Source of the DNA: Candidatus Micrarchaeota archaeon
GTDB taxonomy: Archaea; Micrarchaeota; Micrarchaeia; Micrarchaeales; Micrarchaeaceae
Direction: 5' to 3'
DNA: 15,546 bases
NCBI GenBank assembly: GCA_027345565.1
Contig: DAHWIF010000016.1
Location: 1-15,546, forward strand
Positions 1-8,133 of this stretch are shown in pieces; position 1 is the first letter of the stretch, and each line of letters opens with the position of its first letter. Made by a program: the position numbers and the translations under genes. The notes under the pieces are model-generated. The model saw only the letters and a program-made list of their open reading frames with translations, did no database searches and was not told the origin of the DNA.

Positions 1-500
1 TCGCCGAGCACCGCTGTGACATTCTTCGCCTTGTTTATCATTATGTTGCCGCACATCGCCGCATATGCATCATTGTTCAGCTCCATCGCGACGACTCTCG
101 CCTCTGGGTTGCGCTTCGCTATCTCTATCGCATACGGCCCCACACCTGCGAACATGACGATGACGTTCTCCTTGCCCTTGGACATCGACGCTATGCGGTT
201 GCGCTCGAAGGAGAGCCTGCCCGAGAAGAACGCCTTCCTTACGTCGAATACGAACCTGCAGCCATTTTCCCTGTAATCCGCGGTGTAGCTGCGCCTGCCC
301 TTCAGGTACCTGAGCTTCCTGATGCGGAACCTGCCGCTTACCGGACCAGACTTGGCGAGCACGGTCCTGACGCTCTTGTGCTCCCTGAGTATGCGGCTCG
401 CTATGCCGCCGCCTTTTGCGCCAGCGATTCCCTCCAGGTCGACTATGGCTATGTTGCCGAGGATCTCATAGCCGGGCGCCGCTCTCCTTTGCTTCACCAC
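1..500 (-). CDS. trm5: tRNA (guanine37-N1) methyltransferase Trm5 / Met-10+-like class I SAM methyltransferase, 5' part (runs off the left edge)
   Basis: Not in the ORF track because it is open at the edge. My translation of the minus strand from GTG at 500 reads VVKQRRAAPGYEILGNIAIVD...HKSVRTVLAKSGPVSGRFRIRKLRYLKG...YRENGCRFVFDVRKAFFSGRLSFERNRI...NVIVMFAGVGPYAIEIAK...VVAMELNNDAY...NIMINK. This matches Trm5 D2-D3 motifs. An in-frame TGA at 512-510 bounds the start. Confidence 0.85.
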   Translation of the reverse strand, partial: MVKQRRAAPGYEILGNIAIVDLEGIAGAKGGGIASRILREHKSVRTVLAKSGPVSGRFRIRKLRYLKGRRSYTADYRENGCRFVFDVRKAFFSGRLSFERNRIASMSKGKENVIVMFAGVGPYAIEIAKRNPEARVVAMELNNDAYAAMCGNIMINKAKNVTAVLG

Positions 501-521
501 GGCAGTTAGTCATCTGCGAAG

Positions 522-530
522 CTTTATAAT
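522..530. promoter_or_regulatory. TATA-box-like element between divergent trm5 and spt5
   Basis: CTTTATAAT reads as a TATA-like box on both strands. It lies 22-30 nt upstream of the trm5 GTG and about 75 nt upstream of spt5. Confidence 0.5.
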
Positions 531-603
531 CTTTTGCAGCCGTATAGTATCTGGAAATGCCACATAGCTGAAGCTATGCAAAACCGGTTTCCTTAGTGGT
601 AGT

Positions 604-1047
604 GTGTTCTTCGTCGTGAAGGTTACATCCGGACAGGAGAAGATAGCCGCTAGCATGCTCCAGAACAAGCTGACGAAGGAGCAGCTGGCGATATACTCGA
701 TAATAGTAGTTGAGGGGATGCGCGGATACATAGTGGTGGAAGCGGAGGACGAGATAACCGCCAGGACATTCATAACAAAGGAGCGCAACATAAGGGGGAT
801 ACTCCCCAAACCGCTCAGCGAGGCGGAGGTCGACAAGCTCCTTGAGGTTAAGAGCTACGTCCAGGAGATACACAACGGGGATACCGTCGAGTTCACATCC
901 GGGCCGTTCAAGGGCTACAAGGCGAAGGTGCTGCGCGTGGACGAGGTGAAGAGCGACATGACGGTGGAGCTCATGGACGTCGTCGTTCCGATACCGATAA
1001 CGACGAAGATGAACACGGCAAGGATAATACAGAAGGCTCAAAAGTGA
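604..1047 (+). CDS. spt5: Transcription elongation factor Spt5 (NusG family)
   Basis: NGN domain (FVVKVTSGQE, MRGYIVVEA) and KOW motif (GDTVEFTSGPFKGYKAKVLRVD...VPIPIT); adjacent to rpl11. Confidence 0.97.
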   Translation: MFFVVKVTSGQEKIAASMLQNKLTKEQLAIYSIIVVEGMRGYIVVEAEDEITARTFITKERNIRGILPKPLSEAEVDKLLEVKSYVQEIHNGDTVEFTSGPFKGYKAKVLRVDEVKSDMTVELMDVVVPIPITTKMNTARIIQKAQK

Positions 1048-1048
1048 T

Positions 1049-1519
1049 ATGATGCCAGAAGTAACAGTATCAGGATTGGTCGAGGGCGGAAAGGCTACCG
1101 GAGGGCCGCCGCTCGGTCCGGCGTTGGGTCCTCTTGGCGTTCCGATAAACGACATAATAAAGGAGATAAACGAGAAGACGAAGGCGTTCGAGGGCATAAA
1201 GATATCCGTGAAGGTCGTCGTGGATACATCGACAAAGAGGTTCCGCATTGAGGTCGGGTCCCCGTCGGCGAGCGCGCTGATACTCAAGGAGCTCGGCGTC
1301 CAGTCCGGCGCGAAGACAAAGGAGGAGACGATAGGGAACCTTACCCTGGAGCAGGTGAAGAAGATAGCAGCAGCGAAGGAATCGTCGATGTACGGCAAGG
1401 ACCTCGCGCAGCGCGTCAAGCAGATACTGGGCACATGCAAGAGCATGGGCGTCAAGTGCGAGAACGAAGATCCTAGGAGCATAATAAAGAAGATAGATTC
1501 TGGGGAGCTGAAGGTATGA
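1049..1519 (+). CDS. rpl11: 50S ribosomal protein L11 (uL11); start may be ATG 1052
   Basis: LVEGGKATGGPPLGPALGPLG, IEVGSPSASALILKELG and QILGTCKSMGV are archaeal uL11 signatures. Confidence 0.98.
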   Translation: MMPEVTVSGLVEGGKATGGPPLGPALGPLGVPINDIIKEINEKTKAFEGIKISVKVVVDTSTKRFRIEVGSPSASALILKELGVQSGAKTKEETIGNLTLEQVKKIAAAKESSMYGKDLAQRVKQILGTCKSMGVKCENEDPRSIIKKIDSGELKV

Positions 1520-1534
1520 CTATGGCGAGAGGCC

Positions 1535-1552
1535 AAAAAATACATTTAAATA
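1535..1552 (+). promoter_or_regulatory. BRE/TATA promoter of the 503-aa ORF
   Basis: An A-run followed by TTTAAATA (1545-1552), about 34 nt before ATG 1586; SD-like GGTGGA at about 1577-1583. Confidence 0.6.
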
Positions 1553-1585
1553 TCTGGCAAACCACTATATTATATGGGTGGATGA

Positions 1586-3097
1586 ATGCCTAGTGCTACC
1601 GTAGATGTCGATAAGATATTGCACGAGAGGGGAGGCCAGAGAGCCAGCGGCCGGACCGAGCAGAAGCATATGGAGCAGCTTGATGGCATGAGGGAGGAGC
1701 TCAGGTCAAGCCTCGTGGAACTGAAGACCGCACTGGAGGACCTCAAGGGCATAGACCACGAACGAGACCAGGATATAGACATTGCTGTAAGAAGGATAAA
1801 CGACTACGTGAAGCTCCTTGATGGAAAGGACAGGGTAGCGAAGGCTGAGATGCAGAAAGAGCTGCACGGGCTGCTGCTCGGAGCAGCGGCGGTGGCGAGG
1901 ACGCAGGGGCTGCCAGTCGCTATAGATGCGCTTAATCATCTCAACTACTGGAACAGGGTTGGAGTGGGAGACTACGGAGCTGGTGATGAGGGGCCTGCAC
2001 AGGCCAGGGAGATGGGGCCGCTGGCCACGGCCGACCAGCGCATGGCGGACCTATCAGGCAGGCTTGCGCGCGCCGTCCATCTGCAGGACGCAGAAAGCAA
2101 GGATTTCGACAGGCTAATCGGCACGCTGACCGATCTCAAGGCCGACGTAGCAAGAATGGCCAAGAAGATGGGGCAGATGCATTCCGACTGGGAGGTTATG
2201 ACCAAGATAGGCAAGGTCGGATTCAAAAAAAGGGAGGACCAGGTATTCAGCGAGCTTGCGGGCATAGTCTCACCGGCGACCGGCGTGGCACTAGAGCATT
2301 ATGCGAAGGGCCTAATGATAGACAGAGAGCTTGCGAAAGTGGCGATAGACGCAAAGGACCTATCCGGTTCTGTTAGCGCTGCTGGGCCGGTGATCAAGCT
2401 TTTTGAGACATATAAGGGCAATTTCGGGCCTATGGACGCCGGGGCAGGGACACATGGAAGGAGGCCGGTGGAATCGAGAAAGGCCAAGATGAACTCGGCG
2501 GTATCGGAAGGCTGGATCAATGATACGGAAGACTATGTGAAGGCCGCTGGCGCATGGGCCACGGATGCGATAAAGGGGCTTGGGACGAAGAACGCTGACC
2601 TGTTGAAGAGCTTCGAGAGCCATAACATGACGAAGGCGCAGGCGTTCGCGCTCTACAAGGAGCTATTCGCCGCATGGGCGAGGCAGTCTGGCCAGGATGC
2701 GGTATCGAAGATTGCAGAGCGCATGGAAGGGGCGGCGACAGTTGAGGAAGCGGGGTGGATACACAACGAGGCGCTGTGGAATCACCTCAGGATCTCAGCT
2801 GATTTGGCGTACTGGCGCGGCATGGGGCTTAGCGAGACCGCAATAGGCATGCTCATGGAAAACCATCCCGCCGAGGACCACTTCAAGATAAATAAGAGAT
2901 ACTGGATGGAGATAGACAAGGCAACCAGAAAGGCATTCCTCACTGCGAACGCGCGCGAAAGCGTGCGGGTTGGGCCGCCAACGCAGGTGCCAGAAGATTT
3001 CGTTGGGAAAGATGGGAGCCCTGCTCCTGGAACCTTTACGGGCAATACGAATAAGGTGCCCCCGCCAGAGGGACCAGACTCGATAATGTTCGGCTGA
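1586..3097 (+). CDS. Hypothetical alpha-helical protein (503 aa) with an N-terminal coiled coil and a Pro/Gly-rich C-terminal tail
   Basis: Long ORF with host-like codon usage, its own TATA box and an SD-like site; no family motif recognised. Confidence 0.85.
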   Translation: MPSATVDVDKILHERGGQRASGRTEQKHMEQLDGMREELRSSLVELKTALEDLKGIDHERDQDIDIAVRRINDYVKLLDGKDRVAKAEMQKELHGLLLGAAAVARTQGLPVAIDALNHLNYWNRVGVGDYGAGDEGPAQAREMGPLATADQRMADLSGRLARAVHLQDAESKDFDRLIGTLTDLKADVARMAKKMGQMHSDWEVMTKIGKVGFKKREDQVFSELAGIVSPATGVALEHYAKGLMIDRELAKVAIDAKDLSGSVSAAGPVIKLFETYKGNFGPMDAGAGTHGRRPVESRKAKMNSAVSEGWINDTEDYVKAAGAWATDAIKGLGTKNADLLKSFESHNMTKAQAFALYKELFAAWARQSGQDAVSKIAERMEGAATVEEAGWIHNEALWNHLRISADLAYWRGMGLSETAIGMLMENHPAEDHFKINKRYWMEIDKATRKAFLTANARESVRVGPPTQVPEDFVGKDGSPAPGTFTGNTNKVPPPEGPDSIMFG

Positions 3098-3101
3098 CCT
3101 C

Positions 3102-3506
3102 CTATTTCCTGATCAGCTCGCGTATTTCGCGCGTGAGACTGCGCATCCTCTCCATATCCTCCAGCTCATCCTTCGTAAGAGCGCCGGATTGCGCTTTCTG
3201 GCTGAGGCCTTTCTCTATGTCATCAAGGAACATCAGCCACTCCTCTGCATCCTCCCTGACCAGCTCCATGACCGCCTTGTTCGTGGCGAACAGGTCAAGC
3301 ACCTTCAGCAGTTTCTTGTTGTCCTCTATGTCCTCGTTCTTCTGCAGCCTGACGCGTATATGGTCCCTAAGGCTGCGTATGTCTGACATCCCGAGCTCAC
3401 CATTCTGCCTCAGCGTTTCGTCTATGGTGTTGACGAAATCAAGTATGGCGCTGTGGAGCCTTGAGATCAGGTCGCCGAGCGACAGTCCGGTAGTCTCGCC
3501 AGCCAT
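3102..3506 (-). CDS. Hypothetical charged helical protein (134 aa)
   Basis: Fills the gap convergent to the 503-aa ORF. It is E/K/L/D-rich and amphipathic, with a TATA-like TATTTAAG about 30 nt upstream on the minus strand. Confidence 0.8.
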   Translation of the reverse strand: MAGETTGLSLGDLISRLHSAILDFVNTIDETLRQNGELGMSDIRSLRDHIRVRLQKNEDIEDNKKLLKVLDLFATNKAVMELVREDAEEWLMFLDDIEKGLSQKAQSGALTKDELEDMERMRSLTREIRELIRK

Positions 3507-3519
3507 GAAACACAGATTT

Positions 3520-3542
3520 CTATTGACAAATAGCCTTAAATA
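3520..3542. promoter_or_regulatory. Shared divergent promoter: short palindrome next to a TATA-like box
   Basis: CTATT-GACA-AATAG (3520-3533) followed by CTTAAATA (3535-3542), midway between the two divergent starts. Confidence 0.4.
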
Positions 3543-3567
3543 CCTGACTTTCCCATGATGAAGGTCA

Positions 3568-4461
3568 GTGATTCACGTGGAAGAGCACAGGCTCATCAAG
3601 AATATAGTATTTAGGCTCGTCCGTCGTCATATCGCGGGCTCTACTATGAACTCTGCGCTCAACGCGGTGCGCTACCTGAACGGGGAGGGCATGAACACCA
3701 CGCTGACGTTCCTGAGCGAGCATGTGAGCGACCCGATAAAGGCGAGGTACAACGCGAACACCTACGTGCAGATGATAAAGCAGATATCGAGGCTCCACCT
3801 CAACTCATCGGTGTCGCTTAGGCTGAGCCAGATAGGCTACGCGCTCGGCAACGGATCCGCCGACAGGTTCCTCGACGACATACTCGATGCTGCAAACGCC
3901 GGCAACTCAACCGTATGGCTCGAGGGCGGGCTCGGGATGACGCACGACGAGCTCATGGCTGTCTACAACGAGAGGAGGGCCGCCAACCCTAACCTTGGAG
4001 TCGAGATACCGATATCGTATTACAACAGGATGGACGGGATAATAAGGTCGATAAAGCCGCACAGCATGGTAAGGATGACCTCACACCCGTATATGGCGGA
4101 AAGGGCGGACGGCAACGGCAACAAGGCGCAGAAGGGAGTGCTTGACAGGTACATGTCAGCTATAAGGATGCTGCTAAAGAAGAGCCAGAAGGTATGCATA
4201 CACGAGCCTGACGAGAAGCTGATGATCAGGATAGCGTCCAACAGCAACGGGCACAAGAAGGATTTAATATTTGGCGTGCCATTCGGATATAGCAAGCGCA
4301 GGGTGAAGAAGCTGATGAAGATGAAGGTGAACCTCGACGTTTACGTTCCTTACGGCAAGGACTGGAGCACTTACGCGATATACGGCCTGGCAAGCGGGAG
4401 ACTGCACAGCATAGCAACGACGCTGCTTGATGGCGAAAAGAGTGGTACATATGGAGGCTAG
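3568..4461 (+). CDS. Proline dehydrogenase-fold protein with a degenerate active site (start may be GTG 3577)
   Basis: RRHIAGSTMNSAL...LNGEGMNTTLTFLSEHV, VSLRLSQIG and VYVPYGKDWSTY follow the monofunctional PRODH pattern and length, but catalytic and FAD motifs are substituted. Confidence 0.8.
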   Translation: MIHVEEHRLIKNIVFRLVRRHIAGSTMNSALNAVRYLNGEGMNTTLTFLSEHVSDPIKARYNANTYVQMIKQISRLHLNSSVSLRLSQIGYALGNGSADRFLDDILDAANAGNSTVWLEGGLGMTHDELMAVYNERRAANPNLGVEIPISYYNRMDGIIRSIKPHSMVRMTSHPYMAERADGNGNKAQKGVLDRYMSAIRMLLKKSQKVCIHEPDEKLMIRIASNSNGHKKDLIFGVPFGYSKRRVKKLMKMKVNLDVYVPYGKDWSTYAIYGLASGRLHSIATTLLDGEKSGTYGG

Positions 4462-5488
4462 CAACCAGAAGGCTATCGCGCTTGTCACTGGCGGCACGTC
4501 GGGGCTGGGCCATGCGGTCATAAGAAGGCTGCTATCCGAGGGATATGAGGTGAGGGTGCTGCTTAAGGGCGACCCGAGCGCCTACCCAGACTGGAAGACG
4601 CTGCCGCCCGGATGCAGGCCGTACGTCGCTGACCTTACGCTGAAGAGGAAGGACGACGAGAAGAACCTCGCGGCGGCATGCAGGGGCGTTAACATCGTGT
4701 TCCACATAGCCGGCGCTACCTTCAACTCTAAGTTCAGCTACAACCAGCTCATAGACACCAATGTGATAGGCACGGAGAACCTGCTAAAGAGCATGGCAGA
4801 CTCCAACAAGGGGGCGGCGAGCCCTGCCCATCTGATATTCACAAGCACGACAACGATTTACGGCTACAGGAGGCCTGGCGAGACGCTAACCGAAACTTCT
4901 GAGGAGGCGCCATCCAGCCACTATGCCGAGAGCAAGCTGATGGCCGAGCACCTCATAGAGAGCTTCGCAGAATCGCACAGCGAGCTCTTCTACACAATAT
5001 TCAGGATAGGCACCATATACGGCCAGGGGTACGAGAAGCCACATTTCTTCAAGGCGTTCAGGCTCGTCCATGAGCAAAAGATGAGGTATATAGGTAGGGG
5101 CGCAAACCACCTGCCGCTTGTCAACGTGGACGATGTGGCTGATGCGATGCTGCTCGCATCGCACAAGCCAAAGGCATCGGCCAACCAGATCTTCAACCTT
5201 ACTGACGGGGTGGCGCACACCCCGAGGGAGCTTTTCGGCATAGTCGCCAAGGTGCTCGGCGTGGCGCCGCCATCGAAGTCGGTCAACCCGACGTTGGCGA
5301 GGCTCCTGTCAAAGGCGGCCGACATAGACTACGACGAATACGAATTCCTTGCGGGCGACAGGGCGGTGAGCATAGCGAAGATAAAGGATAAGCTCGGCTG
5401 GGCCCCATCCAGGCGCATAGACATAGACGGGCTGCTCATGGTGGAGGATTACATGAGGAGCACGAAGAAGGCAACAGTGAGGGCGTGA
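4451..5488 (+). CDS. NAD(P)-dependent epimerase/dehydratase (extended SDR); alternative start 4427
   Basis: Rossmann motif LVTGGTSGLG, plus VFHIAG, NVIGTENLL, catalytic YAESK, RIGTIYG and VNVDDVADA. Confidence 0.93.
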   Translation: MEASNQKAIALVTGGTSGLGHAVIRRLLSEGYEVRVLLKGDPSAYPDWKTLPPGCRPYVADLTLKRKDDEKNLAAACRGVNIVFHIAGATFNSKFSYNQLIDTNVIGTENLLKSMADSNKGAASPAHLIFTSTTTIYGYRRPGETLTETSEEAPSSHYAESKLMAEHLIESFAESHSELFYTIFRIGTIYGQGYEKPHFFKAFRLVHEQKMRYIGRGANHLPLVNVDDVADAMLLASHKPKASANQIFNLTDGVAHTPRELFGIVAKVLGVAPPSKSVNPTLARLLSKAADIDYDEYEFLAGDRAVSIAKIKDKLGWAPSRRIDIDGLLMVEDYMRSTKKATVRA

Positions 5489-5492
5489 TGCG

Positions 5493-6290
5493 ATGAGGCC
5501 GGGGAAGGTTGAGCTTTACATAAACGAGATTCTGCAGAGCAAGGGCGCGATGTTCTTCTCGCTGCTTGATCCGGTCGATTACAAGGATGAAGAGAGCGCC
5601 GTGCGCACAGCAAGAGACTGCGCGCTGGGCGGCGCGGACATAGTGCTGATAGGCGGCAGCGTCGGGGTCCAGGGCAGCATGCTCGACAGCATCACGAAGC
5701 GCATAAAGGAGGAGGTTGCTGTGCCTGTTGTGCTCTTCCCTGGCAACATGGCCACGATAACGCAACAGGCTGACGCTATATACTTCCTGTCAGTGCTCAA
5801 TTCCAGGAACCCGTACTGGCATGTGCAGGCGCAGATGCTTGGCGCACCTCTCGTGAAAAGCTTCTCGATAGAGCCGCTGCCTGTGGGCTACATAGTCGTG
5901 TCCCCGGGCGGGACGGTTGGATGGGTAGCTGACATCAACATGGTGCCGAGGGAGAAGCCGAAGATAGCGGCCATGCTGGCGATGACCGGAGAGTGCCTGG
6001 GCCAGAGGATCATCGTGACGGACACAGGCTCGAACCCGCAGGCGCAGGGATCTGGGCCGATACCTAACGAGATGATAAGAGCGGTGAAGTCTGCCATAAG
6101 CGTACCATACATAGTCGGCGGCGGTATAAGGAGCATAAAGGAGCTTAGGAGCGTATACGCCAGCGGCGCTGACATAGCCCAGATAGGGGCTGTCTTCGAG
6201 GGGCCGAACGGCCGTTCGGCGCTCAGGCTCTCCCAGCAGTTCTCGAAGGTGGCGAAAGAGGAGGGGGCGAAGAAGCTCAAAAGAATGTAG
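5493..6290 (+). CDS. Geranylgeranylglyceryl phosphate synthase (group II GGGPS)
   Basis: LLDP, LIGGS, VLFPGN, SVLNSRNPYW, GYIVVSPGGTVGWV and IVGGGIR. Confidence 0.92.
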   Translation: MRPGKVELYINEILQSKGAMFFSLLDPVDYKDEESAVRTARDCALGGADIVLIGGSVGVQGSMLDSITKRIKEEVAVPVVLFPGNMATITQQADAIYFLSVLNSRNPYWHVQAQMLGAPLVKSFSIEPLPVGYIVVSPGGTVGWVADINMVPREKPKIAAMLAMTGECLGQRIIVTDTGSNPQAQGSGPIPNEMIRAVKSAISVPYIVGGGIRSIKELRSVYASGADIAQIGAVFEGPNGRSALRLSQQFSKVAKEEGAKKLKRM

Positions 6291-6321
6291 CATCTAAATA
6301 GACCGCGAAAGATAGTATCGT

Positions 6322-7233
6322 ATGCGATTTATAACCGCGCCTGAGCTCTCGGTCCTCGCAAAGGAGCTGCAGGAGCTCGTAGGCTCGCACATAGAGAGGT
6401 TCTACGAGGTAGATGGCGGCAGGTTCAGGGTAAGGGTAAAGAAGGACAGGGAGCGCAGCGACATGCAGATAATGCTTTCACATGCGATAAACCGGACAAG
6501 ATATGCGGAGAGGCAGGAAAGCCCTACGGATTTCGCGATGGCGGTGAGGAAGAGGATCGAGGGCTCAACAATAGAGTCGGTAAGGCAGATAAACAACGAC
6601 AGGGTATTGGAGATCGCTTTGATTAGGGGTGACGAGCATCCGGGGTTGGTCCTCGAGATGTTCGGCTCGGGCAACCTCATAATAGTCGACAATACGATGA
6701 AGATACTCCTGGCGTACAGGCGCAGGCAGTTCCACGGCAGGAGAATCGATGTCGGCGAGGTGTATACGCCGCCGCGGCAGGCAAATGGCTACAAGATGGA
6801 ACTGCCAAAGGTGATAAAGCCGGCGGTGCTGCTGGACGAGAATGGCAAAGCCGTAGACTACACAATAGACGGAGAGAGGAGCGGGGCCGGGCATCAAAGG
6901 GCCGAATTCAAGACCCTGCAGGAGGCGCTGGACCTATTCTATCACGAAAACCGGATAGGTGAACGAAACGAGCAGGTCAATGAGGCGGAAAGGCAGCTAA
7001 GGCTCAGCATAGAGAAGCAGAGGAGGCTGCTGAAGGAGACTGACTCTGAAATAGAAACAAATAAAGAAATCGCCGATAAGATATTCAGCAATATGGACGC
7101 GATAAACGGCATAATAGCGGAGCTGAAAAAGAATAGGCGGATCACAAAAGAGGAGCTGCAGTTGCGCGCCGGCCGGATAAGGATAATAGACCTTGACCTT
7201 AAGGATAAGAGAGTAACGATAGACGTTGACTAA
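6322..7233 (+). CDS. Short Rqc2/RqcH (NFACT family) protein: NFACT-N plus one coiled coil
   Basis: PTDFAMAVRKRIEG, VRQINNDRVLEI, LVLEMFGSGNLIIVD, GEVYTPP and FKTLQEALDLFY, followed by a coiled coil; ends at 303 aa. Confidence 0.88.
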   Translation: MRFITAPELSVLAKELQELVGSHIERFYEVDGGRFRVRVKKDRERSDMQIMLSHAINRTRYAERQESPTDFAMAVRKRIEGSTIESVRQINNDRVLEIALIRGDEHPGLVLEMFGSGNLIIVDNTMKILLAYRRRQFHGRRIDVGEVYTPPRQANGYKMELPKVIKPAVLLDENGKAVDYTIDGERSGAGHQRAEFKTLQEALDLFYHENRIGERNEQVNEAERQLRLSIEKQRRLLKETDSEIETNKEIADKIFSNMDAINGIIAELKKNRRITKEELQLRAGRIRIIDLDLKDKRVTIDVD

Positions 7234-8133
7234 ATGCCATTACCGATAAATATAACGTTTCTGGGCACGGCTGGCTCGACGCCGACTAAGGAGAGGGCCC
7301 TCCCTAGCGTAGCAATAGAATACGACGGTAATACCTACCTCTTCGACTGCGGCGAAGGGGCGCAGAGGCAGCTGATAGTATACGGGATAAGCCCGTACAG
7401 GATAAAGGCGATCTTCATAACCCATATCCACGGCGACCACGTCATAGGCGTGGCTGGCCTCGTCAGGACGCTCGCATTGAGCAAGAGGACAGATCCTTTG
7501 TACATTTACGTGCCAAGAGGGGAGGAGCTGAAGGTGACGCCGCTGCTGACCTTCGACAGGGCGCTGATAGGCTACGAGGTTAGGGTAATCGGCGTCAAAT
7601 CCGGCAGCGTGCTGAAAGGCAGGGGATTCTCTGTAAGAGCGTTCATGCTCAGGCACTCGGTGCCGACATACGGGTATGCGTTCACGGAAGACGACAGGTA
7701 CAGGTTCGACAAGGAAAAGTGCAAGAGGCTGGGGCTTAAAGGCGAGATGTATTCGGAGCTGCAGAAGGGCCGCAGCGTAAAGCTTGGAAAAAGGACGGTG
7801 AGGCTGAACGATGTGGCAACCAAGCTCACCGGCAGGAAGGTCGTTTATGCCACCGACACCAGACCGGCCGCGACCACGATAAAGGCATCGCGCGGCGCTG
7901 ACATCCTCATACACGAGGCGACATACGCGGAGGAGCTGAAGCCGTTAGCGAAAGGAAGGCTGCACTCAACCGCCATGGAGTGCGCTGACATAGCGAAGCG
8001 TGCGAAGGTGAAGAGGCTGATAATATTCCACATGAGTGCAAGGTACAAGAGGCCTGATGCATTGCTAAAGGAAGCCAGGGCCGTATTCAAGAGCACGGAT
8101 GCCGCATACGACGGCATGCGCATTATGATTTAG
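7234..8133 (+). CDS. rnz: Ribonuclease Z (tRNA 3' processing endonuclease)
   Basis: FLGTAGSTPTKER, LFDCGEGAQRQ, THIHGDH (HxHxDH), a flexible-arm region, YATDTRP, LIHEATY, HST and HMSARY. Confidence 0.97.
   Translation: MPLPINITFLGTAGSTPTKERALPSVAIEYDGNTYLFDCGEGAQRQLIVYGISPYRIKAIFITHIHGDHVIGVAGLVRTLALSKRTDPLYIYVPRGEELKVTPLLTFDRALIGYEVRVIGVKSGSVLKGRGFSVRAFMLRHSVPTYGYAFTEDDRYRFDKEKCKRLGLKGEMYSELQKGRSVKLGKRTVRLNDVATKLTGRKVVYATDTRPAATTIKASRGADILIHEATYAEELKPLAKGRLHSTAMECADIAKRAKVKRLIIFHMSARYKRPDALLKEARAVFKSTDAAYDGMRIMI

Noticed and set aside
574-1545. 323-aa minus-strand ORF and the many other antisense or nested ORFs in the track (e.g. 16..276, 7240..7914, 11330..11875, 14858..15412)
   Set aside because: They are shadows of well-supported genes on the opposite strand or frame, with Ser/Leu/Phe-rich or Arg-rich composition and no motifs.
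3523-3528. TTGACA, a bacterial -35 consensus
   Set aside because: The context is archaeal, and a TATA-like box nearby explains the region.
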